Shown here in pieces: positions 43,630 through 54,120 of a DNA stretch of 55,417 nt. Position 1 is the first letter of the stretch; the number at the start of each line of letters is the position of its first letter. The stretch spans positions 1 through 55,417 of the IMG/VR virus record IMGVR_UViG_3300025674_000052. One strand, 5' to 3'. Made by a program: the position numbers and the translations under genes. The stretch is from a virus. Its lineage: Duplodnaviria > Caudoviricetes. Below the pieces are notes generated by a model. The model had not been told where the DNA came from and ran no database searches. It was given only the letters and a program-made list of their open reading frames with translations.

Positions 43630-46600
43630 CAGAAAAGCTCGTTGCGGCTGTGCAGCTCGGTCGGGCCTTGCTCGACGTTGCTCCGCCTTGGGACGATGAT
43701 GTTTGTGTGGAACCGTTTGATCCGCACGTTGTAGGTGTCGTTGGGCCGCGTTGCGATGAGCCTCATCCTGACCATCACAGCCGTGTAGACCCCGCAGGTG
43801 AACGGCTGCCAGTCAGACCAGCCCGATGCCGTGCCGTCCACGTTCGTGCGGATCTGAACCTTGAGCGTGCAGTTCGCTGGGTCGTCCGCCGCCACCTCAG
43901 TCGGGCCTTCAAAGCTCCACCGCTGAAGATCCAGCGAGTCGAGCGGCAACGCCGTTCCTCCGATAGTCCTTGGGTGGACCTGCTCAGCCTCAGCGGCAGC
44001 AGTCACGAGGAGGCGGCGAGGGGCCTGGGCGCTCGTGTCCACGATCGTCGTGTTGTCCCAGCGCGTGATGTAGGTCCCGACGAGCCCGCTGCCGGTGAAC
44101 TCCAGTTCGCCGTCCGCGTTCTGCGTCAGGGCACCCGACACTGCCGGGCCGTCAACGTCAGGGAAGCCTGGGTACCACGAACCGGCGGAGTAGGTCTCCC
44201 AGGTCGCGGTGCCACCCATCGCGAAGTTCACGCTGTCGTAGGCGGCTGCGAGGACCGAGAGGCTCGGGTCCACTGTGGCCTCTGCTGAGAACGTGTCGCT
44301 CCGGGCCTTGCTCCGGGCGTGGAGCCGGCCAACGCTGGCGTCCGACACAGGGACGAACAGGTCCGGCGTGATCGCGGTCAGCTGCCCCTCGCGGGTCTCG
44401 GCTACACGTTGCCCGAGGACCCATCCACCTCGTCGGGTCTCAATCGTCAGCACTCGACGCCGCTCAGGACCATCATTGCTCGGGATGTAGGCCGCCGTGT
44501 AGGTTGCCAGCAGGTCCTCCGCCTCGGCTGTCAGCGAGGCCGGTGCCTCGGGCCGGAACGACAGCCCCTTGATCCGGTGGACCGCCCGAGTGCCTGACTG
44601 AGGAGGCTGCGCCGGGAAGGCCGCTGTAATGGGCACCACGCTCGTTTCAATGAGCTGCCCGACCAGGGCTCCAGGCAGGACGCAGGATGCCGTAGAGGAG
44701 AGCCCAGAGACCTCTGAGCCCAGTGTCCAGCCGCCTTGCGCTGAACCGGCGCTCTCGAACACTCGCCAGAACACGCGGCACCCCGTCTGGGTCGCTGCCG
44801 TCGTAGGGCTGTTCGTCCACGTCACGCTGAGCTGGAGCTGGAAGTTGCCGGGCGTCGGCTCCGTGTTGTTGTCCGTGGCGCTGGAGGCCAGCGGCGAAGT
44901 TGGCTGAAGGTTCGGCGCTGGCTTCTGGTCAGGGAGCTGCCGGATCGCTCCTCCGGGCGTGTCCTCGATGGCGTCATCCGCGAACACGCCCTCGTTGTAT
45001 TCGACCCACTCAAAGTCGGCGCTCATGTCGCGCTTCCGGCTAATACCGCTGACCTCCACGATCAGCTCCTCAGCGGAGGAGGCCACAATGTACGCGGAGC
45101 CTCGGACGGCGATCGTGTTCAGCGTGTTGCTCGTGAACAGCGTGCTGCCCGCCTCGTAGGTGCCGGGCGGCGTCAGGGTCGTATCGAGGCTCGCGGAGAC
45201 GCTGTTGCCACGGAAGTCCTGCACGAACAGGGTGTAGTTCGTCGCAGCCTCAATTGTGACAGGCCGGTCGATGATGGCTCCCTTCGTCGGGATCGGGATC
45301 GCGCCGTACTCGCCCTGCGTGGCGTTGGCGAAGCTGAACCTCGCTGAGCCTGAGGCTCCGCCCGCCCTCGGGTAGATCCGCAAGGTGACCGAGGCCGTCT
45401 TCTCGCGGCCATCTGGGGCCTTGACGAAGAACGATGCGGAGAGGTATCGGTTGAAGCCGCCGAGGTCTTGGATGGAGCCTCGCGTCGGCTGGTCGAACGA
45501 GTCGTCGGCGGAGGCAGTGACTGCGCTGAGGTCAAAGGTCACCCCCGTCGTCGCCCGGTCGGTCACCAGCTCAATGCGCGGCGATGCGTTGAGGATCTGC
45601 TCGGCGCAAACGGTGACGCTCACCCACCCGTCGCTCTTGTCGGAGAAGCCGATCGCCTGCTCAACGTAGCCGGTGCCGTCGATTGTATCGGCGGTGCTGC
45701 CCCCGAACGGGTCCGCGCCCGTGTTCGCCGTCACCGTCACCGAGGAGGCGGTCCAGGAGCCGCCTGTGAAGTCTTGACGGTCCTGAAGGGCTTCGGGCTC
45801 GGATGGAGCGGCGGACGCAGCACAGCGGCCTGACGCGCCCCTGGGAAGGACCTCGCTCGACACGCGCAGGAGGTCGCCCACCTGATACGGCAGCGCGTCC
45901 ATCGCGGCGCTGAACTTGCCGCTCCTCTTCTGGAGCTGGTTAGTTAGCAGGATGTAGTTCCCGTGGCGCTCCGCCTGCCCTGCATCGGTGACCCCAAACA
46001 GTTGGCTGTTCTCCTGCCGGATGAACGTCTGGTTCGTGACGGAGTCCAGCTCCTCGCTCTGCACCTGCACGGGGACGGGCTCGAATCCCTGCTGAGCGTC
46101 AAGAATGTTCAGCGTGAGGGCGTTCGGGCGGGTCTTGGCGCTGCTGAAGTCGATCTCGAAGCTGCCCTCGATCATGTTGCTCGCCGTCAGCACACCGATG
46201 GGCGTCCTGGGCCGCGAGAATCGCACGCTAAGGCTGCTGCCGACAGGCACCGGTGCCGCTCGGCCCACCGCGCAAATCTCCAGCAGGGCGTCCCACGCGG
46301 ATCCTGTCCGGTCGAACACGCCGTTGAACTCGAACCGACGCTGGCCGCCCTCCACTGAGGCACCGTTGAGATCGGTGGGAGTCAGAACGTCTGCCCCGAG
46401 GCGCTGCCCGCTGGTCCACGGATCCGGCTCCGTCAGCCGGTCCCAGTAGCACTTGATGGTCCACACGCCGTCGAGTAGCTGGGCCTCGATGATCTCGTAT
46501 CCAGCCCCCGTGCCGCTGTTGATGTCGTTGCTGACGCCCGGCGTCGTCGCCGTAGGAAACCCAGCGAGTCGAAGGAAGTAGCCCGCCTTCCATGTGTCAG

Positions 46601-49097
46601 GCAGGACGCTCAGCTCTTGGATACCGATCTCGAACCAGATTGCGCCTCGGATCTCCCCAGAGGCCGGGTCGGTCGTCGTGTTGTCGAAGTAGATGTCTGC
46701 GTCATCCACGGCACCAGGGTTGGCGATGACCGTCCTGGGGCGTCCGTCGTAGACGACCTCGTCGCAGTAGTCTCCCCATGCCTTCCACTGCTCAAGGTCA
46801 ATGTCGGCTAGGTCGTAGAACCTGCCGAGGCCGTACCGCCGGTTGAGCACGAGGTCGAGCGCGACCCAGGCCGGGTTTGCCGTGAAGGTCAGCACCGTCG
46901 TGGGCAGCGTCGTGCTGATCCCGTCCCAGACTGGCACAGGGCGTCCCTTGACGATTGCCGTGGTTGTCGGGAGGCCACCGTTGAGCTGCTCGCTGGAGTC
47001 CACCTCGATGCCGAGGATGGGCGTGTTCGGGTAGGTGAAGTTCTGGCTCAGGACGCTGCTGATCGCCTGCACCTCGACGGCGTTGGCGATGCTGGCTCGG
47101 TTGCTGCGCTTCGTCGTGCGGAGGATCTCGACGCGCCACTTGCTGCGTTTGTAGGCCCCTGCTGCGCCAACGCGCACGACGCCCCCAGTAACGCCAGAGG
47201 TCGCGCCGACGTTCAGGGTCGGCGTTGCGGCCCACCACTCCTCTGCTGTGCTATGCGAGGAGGTGCCTGCCGAGTCCTCGAAGGGTGACCGGAAGCAGAG
47301 GAAGAGGCTGTTGCCTGCGACTGCCCCAGGGATACCGAACCCGTTGTTGTACTCGGCTGCGGCGAAGGTCTGATCGACGTAGATCGTGTAGCACTTCACC
47401 TCGTCGAAGCTGACGGACGAGCCAGGGTGTACGGCGTTTCTGTTGCCGACGACCAGCGGTGTGCCTGACCAGTTGAACCGGACGTTGTCGGTGACAGGGA
47501 TGAACGGCACTGACTGTCCGTTGATGAAGAGGCTGATGCGCTCGTTGCCCTGAGTGTCCCAGCTCGCACCGATGTGCAGCCACTGACCTTCTGCGCTCGA
47601 ATCGAACCGCCCCTCCGCAGGCGTTGCCGGAGGCGTGTCGGGGATGCAGGTCTCAAACCCTCCGCTAAGGAAGCAGAATGCGTTGCCCGCTCGGAACTGG
47701 AAGGTCGACGAACCTCTCTGCAGCGTGAGCGTCAGCACCGGCACCGTGCCGCCTGAGTTGAACGACACGTTCTCAACGGAAAGCGCCCAGCCGGTTCGGC
47801 TGCTCCCCGTCGTCGGGCCGAGGTTCGAGATCAAGTCCTGAGGGCCGCCGGTCGCGATCTTGACCCAGCCAAACACAGAGAACGTGAACGCCTCCTGCCC
47901 TGCGGCGTAGCCTCCCGTGCTCGATGCGTAGGACAAGTTGCTGCCGTTCGACCCAGTCGTGAGTGCCTTGTTGCCCGGCGTGGCTGGCACGTTGACCTGC
48001 GGGTCCTCAAACCTGTAGCTGTCTTGGATCTGGAAGCCTTCACGCTGGGCAAGGGCGATCGGGTCAACGACGGGCAATCGGACGTACCCGTCGTTGTTGT
48101 AGCCTCCGCTGGTGATCGGATTGCCGACGTTATCCAGCTCGATGTACCGGATCTGGTAGCCGAGGAACGCGCTCTGAATGGCTCCGCTGCTCGTGTTCTG
48201 AGCGTAGTACCCTCCGGGGAAGCTCAGGGTCCACACGAACCCGTCAACGTCCTCTGCCGTGAAGTCGTAGGTGACGGCGTTCGCCTCCCAGAGCGGATCG
48301 TTTACCGCTGTGAACTCGTCGTCGCCAGCGGTGCTGAAGCCGGTGATGAGGTTCGCAGTCTGAGCTGGAGAGAAGTTGCCGAAGTCATCCTCGGGCACGG
48401 TCAGGTCCGACTCGATCGGGAACGTCACGCGCGTCTCGTTGAAGCCAGGGACCGACTCCTGCTCGTTGTTGCCCATCCGCAGCCACACCTTCAGGTCCGG
48501 CGTGTTCTGCGCGTTGTTCCCGTTGATGAACACTTGGTTCGGGATGTTGCCGCCGGTCAGCGGCACCGTCGCCGGGGTGTCTGTCTCGATGCCTCCGATG
48601 GCGGTGATCGGCCCCTCTCCGAATCCGATCAACTGCCGGAGCGTGCTCTTCGGCGGGAGCCCCTGCACGCTTACGAACTCGTTGATGATCGTGCCGCCGA
48701 CTCGCATCGTTCCGTAGATGATCGGCAGCGGGTTGCCCTCAGCGCGGTCGTTGCTGACGCCTGCGAAGCCGTAGACCGCAGACGACTCATCGTCTCGGCG
48801 CTGCTTCGGCTTGGGCGGCGGGAAGAGCAGCGCGAAGGCTGCGCTGACGGCGATGGAGATCAGGAGGTTCTGAGCGACGAACGCAACCGTCAGCAGGTCC
48901 TCCGGCACCCGGAACACGACGACCATATCGTCCTCGCGCAGGCGGTAGTCGTCGGCCTCCTCGATGCCGTTGACGCGAACGGACACTGCGCCCCAGCCCT
49001 CCGGCTTCAGGCTCTCCACCGTCGCCCCGACCTCCGCAACGCTGATCTCTCGCTCGTCGCAGCGCAGCGGGTTGCTGATCGAGACGACTACAGGCAC
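43629..49097 (-). CDS. Tail tip / host-specificity protein (gpI-gpJ-like fusion) with LamG-like and other inserted domains, 1822 aa
   Basis: PIIYGTMRVGG, GFGEGPI, YPNT...VKGR, TANPAWVALD and YQVGD motifs. LamG-like segment WLHIGASWD...LFING...FDEV. Confidence 0.9.
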   Translation of the reverse strand: MPVVVSISNPLRCDEREISVAEVGATVESLKPEGWGAVSVRVNGIEEADDYRLREDDMVVVFRVPEDLLTVAFVAQNLLISIAVSAAFALLFPPPKPKQRRDDESSAVYGFAGVSNDRAEGNPLPIIYGTMRVGGTIINEFVSVQGLPPKSTLRQLIGFGEGPITAIGGIETDTPATVPLTGGNIPNQVFINGNNAQNTPDLKVWLRMGNNEQESVPGFNETRVTFPIESDLTVPEDDFGNFSPAQTANLITGFSTAGDDEFTAVNDPLWEANAVTYDFTAEDVDGFVWTLSFPGGYYAQNTSSGAIQSAFLGYQIRYIELDNVGNPITSGGYNNDGYVRLPVVDPIALAQREGFQIQDSYRFEDPQVNVPATPGNKALTTGSNGSNLSYASSTGGYAAGQEAFTFSVFGWVKIATGGPQDLISNLGPTTGSSRTGWALSVENVSFNSGGTVPVLTLTLQRGSSTFQFRAGNAFCFLSGGFETCIPDTPPATPAEGRFDSSAEGQWLHIGASWDTQGNERISLFINGQSVPFIPVTDNVRFNWSGTPLVVGNRNAVHPGSSVSFDEVKCYTIYVDQTFAAAEYNNGFGIPGAVAGNSLFLCFRSPFEDSAGTSSHSTAEEWWAATPTLNVGATSGVTGGVVRVGAAGAYKRSKWRVEILRTTKRSNRASIANAVEVQAISSVLSQNFTYPNTPILGIEVDSSEQLNGGLPTTTAIVKGRPVPVWDGISTTLPTTVLTFTANPAWVALDLVLNRRYGLGRFYDLADIDLEQWKAWGDYCDEVVYDGRPRTVIANPGAVDDADIYFDNTTTDPASGEIRGAIWFEIGIQELSVLPDTWKAGYFLRLAGFPTATTPGVSNDINSGTGAGYEIIEAQLLDGVWTIKCYWDRLTEPDPWTSGQRLGADVLTPTDLNGASVEGGQRRFEFNGVFDRTGSAWDALLEICAVGRAAPVPVGSSLSVRFSRPRTPIGVLTASNMIEGSFEIDFSSAKTRPNALTLNILDAQQGFEPVPVQVQSEELDSVTNQTFIRQENSQLFGVTDAGQAERHGNYILLTNQLQKRSGKFSAAMDALPYQVGDLLRVSSEVLPRGASGRCAASAAPSEPEALQDRQDFTGGSWTASSVTVTANTGADPFGGSTADTIDGTGYVEQAIGFSDKSDGWVSVTVCAEQILNASPRIELVTDRATTGVTFDLSAVTASADDSFDQPTRGSIQDLGGFNRYLSASFFVKAPDGREKTASVTLRIYPRAGGASGSARFSFANATQGEYGAIPIPTKGAIIDRPVTIEAATNYTLFVQDFRGNSVSASLDTTLTPPGTYEAGSTLFTSNTLNTIAVRGSAYIVASSAEELIVEVSGISRKRDMSADFEWVEYNEGVFADDAIEDTPGGAIRQLPDQKPAPNLQPTSPLASSATDNNTEPTPGNFQLQLSVTWTNSPTTAATQTGCRVFWRVFESAGSAQGGWTLGSEVSGLSSTASCVLPGALVGQLIETSVVPITAAFPAQPPQSGTRAVHRIKGLSFRPEAPASLTAEAEDLLATYTAAYIPSNDGPERRRVLTIETRRGGWVLGQRVAETREGQLTAITPDLFVPVSDASVGRLHARSKARSDTFSAEATVDPSLSVLAAAYDSVNFAMGGTATWETYSAGSWYPGFPDVDGPAVSGALTQNADGELEFTGSGLVGTYITRWDNTTIVDTSAQAPRRLLVTAAAEAEQVHPRTIGGTALPLDSLDLQRWSFEGPTEVAADDPANCTLKVQIRTNVDGTASGWSDWQPFTCGVYTAVMVRMRLIATRPNDTYNVRIKRFHTNIIVPRRSNVEQGPTELHSRNELF

Positions 49098-49468
49098 TGG
49101 GTCTCCGGGTCGCGGTAGATGCCCTGGACGTCCTTGACCGTGCTGAGGCGCTGCGCGTACACCCCGTAGCCCGTGGCCGCTGAAACCACGAGCGTCGGGC
49201 TCGTCGCCGCCACTCCGCTCACATGGAGCCCGTCTCCCGCAAGGCTTAGTACCACATCGCCTAGCCTCGCTGGTCCCTCGACCCGAATCCAGTTGTGCGT
49301 GGGTTTCTTCAGCAGGCCCAGGAATCTGTCCCTGGCTGCCTCCCCGTGCGCTCGGGCGACGATCTCGGCAGTCGCCCCATAGCAGTCCAACGCGCCGTTC
49401 TCGGGGTCATGAGAGCCTGCCTCGTACCGGAGCGCGAGCAGGTCGTCGTAGCGCATCATGCCCATCAC
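49088..49468 (-). CDS. NlpC/P60-like tail tip protein (gpK-like), about 126 aa
   Basis: LDCYG and GDVVL...LHVSG motifs, between the gpL- and gpJ-like genes. Confidence 0.75.
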   Translation of the reverse strand: MMGMMRYDDLLALRYEAGSHDPENGALDCYGATAEIVARAHGEAARDRFLGLLKKPTHNWIRVEGPARLGDVVLSLAGDGLHVSGVAATSPTLVVSAATGYGVYAQRLSTVKDVQGIYRDPETQCL

Positions 49469-52400
49469 TGGCCGGCTCGCGGGATGCCGGGGAATGCTCC
49501 GAACCGGGCAGGGTGCGCTCGGGCGAAGCCCTGGGCGACCTCGTCGTCCCCCCGCTCCTCGCAGTTCTCCAGGGTCTTGTTGCAGGTTGAGAACCCTGCG
49601 CCAGCCACCTCAGTGTTGTAGCCGCACTCGGCGGAGCCGAAGATCCACCGGCATCGCCTCCGGCTGTGAATGAAGGGCGGGAACTGGAGCTGGTACAGGT
49701 TGAAGGCTGACACCTGAAGAACGATGGCCTCGCTCTTCACAGCCGCCGAGACGACCTCCCCCTGCTGCGACACCGCTGGCTTACCGCTCGCGATGTCCAG
49801 GGCGCTCACCAGCATGATGCGCACAGGGAGGCCGACGAACCCGTCTGCCGCGTCCATCGTCGCACCTACCAGCGGCCCCGCGTGCCCGAGGGTGATCGGG
49901 ATGGTCGGCAGGCTGCCGTCCGTGCCCTCCTCCACGTTCCCGTGCGTGATCGGGGCCGGGGAGTAGGTCAAGGGCTGCCCGCTGGCGTTCAGGCCGAACT
50001 GGACGCTCTGCGTGAAGTTCGTCAGCCTGTACCGCCGGGGCGGGTCCTCGTTAGTCTGCAGCTCGTAGAGCCAGATCCAGGGGATCTGAGTCTCAAGCTG
50101 GTTCGCGTGGAGGGCCGAGTTGTTGCCAAGGGTCGACGAGACAGCGACCGCAATCACAGCGGCGGCCTCAAAGGCTCCGGGGTTGGCTGAGCCCGCTCCT
50201 CGCACAACGCCGAGGATGTCCAGCTTGGGCACTCCGGCGGTAGATGTGCCAGCACCGGCCTGCCAGACGGCGTTGCTCTCTAGGTCGTAGAGCTGCCCGG
50301 TGTCGGCGTCGTAGATCGCGAGGTCTGCGCCGGTCGCGAGGGTGTTCGTCGTCGGCGTGATCGGGTACGGGGAGCCCTGGAGGGCGGCGGGGAAGGCGAA
50401 ACTCGCATTCACTCGCGGGCCAAAGTTATTTGACCCAGAGAGCGCCACTGTGCCGGAGGACACAAAATCATAGTCCGCATCAAGGACGAGGTTATTGACG
50501 ACTTCTGCTGCTAACGTGCCTGTGCTGGTGTTGAAGGGATGGATCCCAGCGGTGCTAGACCCGGTGGTGCTGACCGTGTTGTTGACGATACGCACGGACC
50601 CATCAGCAGTCACGGCGCTGGTTCTTCGCGCAAGAATCGCACCGCCTTGCGCCAAGACTCGGCAGTTCTCAATGACCATCGGCGCAGAAGGTGAGCCGCC
50701 GTTCCCAGTCGCGTAGATACCGATCGACCCAGCGGACTGATCGACGATCAAGTTGCGGAGCACAATGCCCTCATCTCCACGCGGCTGCACGCCGTTTGAA
50801 TCCGTGACAGCGAACACAAGTCCGTCGAACGTCACGAAGCTGTCGTTGATGATAGGAGCGAGCCAAGTGCAGCGAACACCCGAGGCGGGGTCGCCGCCGT
50901 GATTGCTTCCCGCCGCGTAGGTCCATGTCACGTTCCTCGTCGCATCGCTCACAAGCGAGCTTGTGAAGCTCACATTTGCGCCGCTCTCCGAGTACGTCGC
51001 CGCATCCGCCAAGAACTCAATCCGCTCGTTCTCAAACACGAGGTCCGCGCTCCCGCCGATGTTCTCCACATCAGCCTCAGCCGCCGTGAACGTCGCGTAG
51101 TCTCGACCGACCGGCCCGATGGTCCTCGTCAGCACCGCTGTCGCCTGCGCCAGCGCGAACGCACCGGGGTTCGTCGTCGTACCCGACCGAGTGTCGCCAA
51201 GGATGTCGGTCGTCGGCACATCGCTGTTGGAGGCCGGGCCGACGCCACCGTTGATCACGTCGTTGTGCGGCGAGTCGAGGAGCGCCCCGTTCTTGCCGAC
51301 GTACAGCGCGAAGTCGCCGGAGCCAGGGTCGTAGGCGGTGGATGGCGTGAACTGCGCCCCGATCCCGAAGTGCGCGAACGTGAAGACAGAGGTCGGCGCA
51401 CCAGCGTTGCCGATGTTGTTCGAGCCCTGGACGTTTTTGCCGCCGCCGCCGATGTTGCAGTCGCTTGAGTTCGGCTCAAGAATGATGCAGTTGACGATCT
51501 CGTACAGGTCTGCCGTGACGCCCGATCCCCGCGAGGTGTTGAACACATTGGAGCCAACGCCTCGCCCCAAGTGGGTGCAGTTCAGGAACCGCTCGAAGCT
51601 CGGAAGATTTGCGCCGCCACCGCCTCCGGTAAAGGTCTGAACCTTGCAGACGAGGTTGCGGTAAGTGATCGGGAACAGATCGGTGCCGATGCTTCCAGGC
51701 GCGTAGTTGTTTCGGATCTCCACCATTTTTCCGCCAATCGCGCCGTTCGTCTCGTGTTCGCAGTCCTCGAAGATCATCCCCTCGACAGTCGGATGCGTTG
51801 CGTTGTTACCGATCCAAAAGCCACGGTGGGTGATGCTGTTGCTGTAGGCGTTTATGCCCGTCCAGCGAGTGAAGCTGTCCTGCACAGGGATATCGACATA
51901 ACCTGCACTGTAGACGCGCGGCGACTCTCCGGGTGCGGCCTTCCACCAGACATATCGCGTCGGGTCAGCCACGATGTCGCTGATGATGCCCACGTTGCTA
52001 AAGTCCGAGTCGGCGTAGCAGACGAACTCGATGCGCTCATTGCTGCGGGTGAGGTCTGCGCCACTGCTGCCGATGTTCTCAACGTCAGCCTCGGCCAACG
52101 CTAGCGAGGCGTAGTCCCGCGAAGCCGTGCCGACCGTCCTCGTGATGACCGTAGGCGCAACGAACCCGTCCGCCTCGAACGCCCCAGGGTTACAGCTCGC
52201 CCCGCTCCGCGCCACGCCGTTGATGTCCGTGGTGGGCACGTCGCTGTTGGTTCCAGGGCCGACGCCCTGTTGCCAGACATCGTTCCCGGTGACATCTGCA
52301 AGAGCTCCGGTCGCGCCCATGTAGACCGCGTAGTCCCCGGAGCCGAGGGGCGTGGAGAAGCTCGTGGTTGCGGTGATCGGGTAGGGGGAGCCTTGGAGGG

Positions 52401-54117
52401 CGGCGGGGAAGGGGTTGGTCGCGCCGCCGAAGTTGTTGGAGCCTGTAGGCGTCACTCCGGCGTTCGTCATGACACGATCAACTTCCAGCGCAAGGCAGTT
52501 GATGAATTCCGCGCCGACACTTGCTGTCCCTGAGGCGGACATAAAGATTGCCCTTTTGCCCGTTGCGGCGGCAGGTGCCCGCAGGAAGGTGCAGTTGACG
52601 ACGCTAAAGGTGGTCGTGCCCGAAGACTCCAGAATGTAAATGCTTTCCTGCGAGGGGGTGCTGAATACGCAGTTGACCAGCGACAGCGACGACACGTCCT
52701 CGTTGATTCTCACCGCCTTGTAGCTAGGGTTGCTTATAAGGCCCCGAGTGACACTAACTCCCGTTGTGGAAGGTTGAACTTGCAGGACCGATCCAATGAC
52801 TCCCGAAGCTGTGAACTCCAAACCGTCTAGGGTCATGTAATCGTCTTGGAGTTGATTATCTGTCCCTCCGGTAGCCGTAAGGACTACACCGCCTCCGAAC
52901 ACGCCGCCGTGCTCACTCCCAGCCGCAGGCTTATACGTCACCTGCCGCGTGGCATCTGTCGTCAGCGAGCTGCTGAACGTCACGCTCTCCGAGTACGTCC
53001 CCGCATCCGCCTCGAACACAAACGCTCGGTTCGTGAACGTGATGTCCTCCGCAGGAAGCGAAGCCTCAGCCAGCGTGAACGTCGCGAAGTCCCGGCCCAC
53101 AGGACCGATCGTCTGCGTCGTCACCGTGGGCGCAACAAACCCATCGGCCTCGAACGCGCCGGGGTTGCAGGTCGCTCCGCTTCGCGCCACGCCGTTGATG
53201 TCCGTGGTCGGAACGTCGGAGTTCGAGCCTGGGCCCACGCCCTGTTGCCACACGTCGTTGCCGGTGACGTTCGCGAGCGAGCCGTTGCTGCCCATGTAGA
53301 CAGCGAAGTCGCCAGCACCGAGCGGAGTGCTGAAGCTCGTGGTCGGCGTCTTCTCGGAGCCCACTCCATTCGTCGAGAAGCTCTGCCCCGAGACGCCCCC
53401 GAGCACGCCGATGTTGTTGCTGCCCGTGACGGTCGCGGTCGCTGCGAGTTGGCGGTCGGCGCGACTGTCGAGCACGATGCAGTTGACCAGTTTGCAGGCG
53501 CTCGATCCGGTGGCGAAAAACTGGTAATTAGTCTGCCCGGCGGGACTCGTCGTGCCTGGGAGGAATGTGCAGTTGATCACATCCACGAACAAGTCTACGC
53601 CGCTCGCGTTGACGCCAAACCGAGACTTTGTCACGACGTTGCGGACCACGCACGGAGCGGCTGCGGATCCGATATTCGCCCCGCTCTTGTTGAGGTACAC
53701 GCCTGCTCCGTCGCTCGTCGCTTCGCAGTTCTCGACGATGATCCCCACCTGAGAGTCGAACAGCTTGAACGCGCCGCCACTCGTATCGAAGGAGTCAATG
53801 CCATCAAAGCGCGTGAAGTCGTCACGCATTCGGACGGTCGTGCTCTGCGTGCCGTTCCCGATGACTGGACGGTTGGATCGGTCAGCGCAGCGATAGGTAG
53901 CGTTCCTCGTCGCGTCTGATACGAGCGTCGAGTCCACATTGAGGATCTCGACATAGGTGCCCGCGTCCGCCTCGAAGACGATGGCCCCGTCGTTGGCCAC
54001 CAGATCCGTCGAGCCGAACTCCGCAGTCGCGATGCTTCCCACCGCAGCTTCCGCCAGCGTGAACGTCGTGTAGTCGCGCCCCGTGGGGCCGATGGTCTTC
54101 GTGACGACGGTGACCAC
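49465..54117 (-). CDS. gpL-like tail tip protein with four N-terminal ~325-aa beta-helix-like repeats, 1550 aa
   Basis: C-terminal IWLYEL...CRWIFGSAECGY...CNKTLENC...RFGAFPG with the four gpL-type cysteines. Repeats start T.TIG..GRD and end NPGAF. Confidence 0.85.
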   Translation of the reverse strand: MVTVVTKTIGPTGRDYTTFTLAEAAVGSIATAEFGSTDLVANDGAIVFEADAGTYVEILNVDSTLVSDATRNATYRCADRSNRPVIGNGTQSTTVRMRDDFTRFDGIDSFDTSGGAFKLFDSQVGIIVENCEATSDGAGVYLNKSGANIGSAAAPCVVRNVVTKSRFGVNASGVDLFVDVINCTFLPGTTSPAGQTNYQFFATGSSACKLVNCIVLDSRADRQLAATATVTGSNNIGVLGGVSGQSFSTNGVGSEKTPTTSFSTPLGAGDFAVYMGSNGSLANVTGNDVWQQGVGPGSNSDVPTTDINGVARSGATCNPGAFEADGFVAPTVTTQTIGPVGRDFATFTLAEASLPAEDITFTNRAFVFEADAGTYSESVTFSSSLTTDATRQVTYKPAAGSEHGGVFGGGVVLTATGGTDNQLQDDYMTLDGLEFTASGVIGSVLQVQPSTTGVSVTRGLISNPSYKAVRINEDVSSLSLVNCVFSTPSQESIYILESSGTTTFSVVNCTFLRAPAAATGKRAIFMSASGTASVGAEFINCLALEVDRVMTNAGVTPTGSNNFGGATNPFPAALQGSPYPITATTSFSTPLGSGDYAVYMGATGALADVTGNDVWQQGVGPGTNSDVPTTDINGVARSGASCNPGAFEADGFVAPTVITRTVGTASRDYASLALAEADVENIGSSGADLTRSNERIEFVCYADSDFSNVGIISDIVADPTRYVWWKAAPGESPRVYSAGYVDIPVQDSFTRWTGINAYSNSITHRGFWIGNNATHPTVEGMIFEDCEHETNGAIGGKMVEIRNNYAPGSIGTDLFPITYRNLVCKVQTFTGGGGGANLPSFERFLNCTHLGRGVGSNVFNTSRGSGVTADLYEIVNCIILEPNSSDCNIGGGGKNVQGSNNIGNAGAPTSVFTFAHFGIGAQFTPSTAYDPGSGDFALYVGKNGALLDSPHNDVINGGVGPASNSDVPTTDILGDTRSGTTTNPGAFALAQATAVLTRTIGPVGRDYATFTAAEADVENIGGSADLVFENERIEFLADAATYSESGANVSFTSSLVSDATRNVTWTYAAGSNHGGDPASGVRCTWLAPIINDSFVTFDGLVFAVTDSNGVQPRGDEGIVLRNLIVDQSAGSIGIYATGNGGSPSAPMVIENCRVLAQGGAILARRTSAVTADGSVRIVNNTVSTTGSSTAGIHPFNTSTGTLAAEVVNNLVLDADYDFVSSGTVALSGSNNFGPRVNASFAFPAALQGSPYPITPTTNTLATGADLAIYDADTGQLYDLESNAVWQAGAGTSTAGVPKLDILGVVRGAGSANPGAFEAAAVIAVAVSSTLGNNSALHANQLETQIPWIWLYELQTNEDPPRRYRLTNFTQSVQFGLNASGQPLTYSPAPITHGNVEEGTDGSLPTIPITLGHAGPLVGATMDAADGFVGLPVRIMLVSALDIASGKPAVSQQGEVVSAAVKSEAIVLQVSAFNLYQLQFPPFIHSRRRCRWIFGSAECGYNTEVAGAGFSTCNKTLENCEERGDDEVAQGFARAHPARFGAFPGIPRAGQ
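50160..54110 (-). repeat. Four tandem ~1-kb intragenic cassettes
   Basis: Units start near 54105, 53122, 52146 and 51132, with conserved ends and divergent cores. Confidence 0.85.
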
Positions 54118-54120
54118 GGA

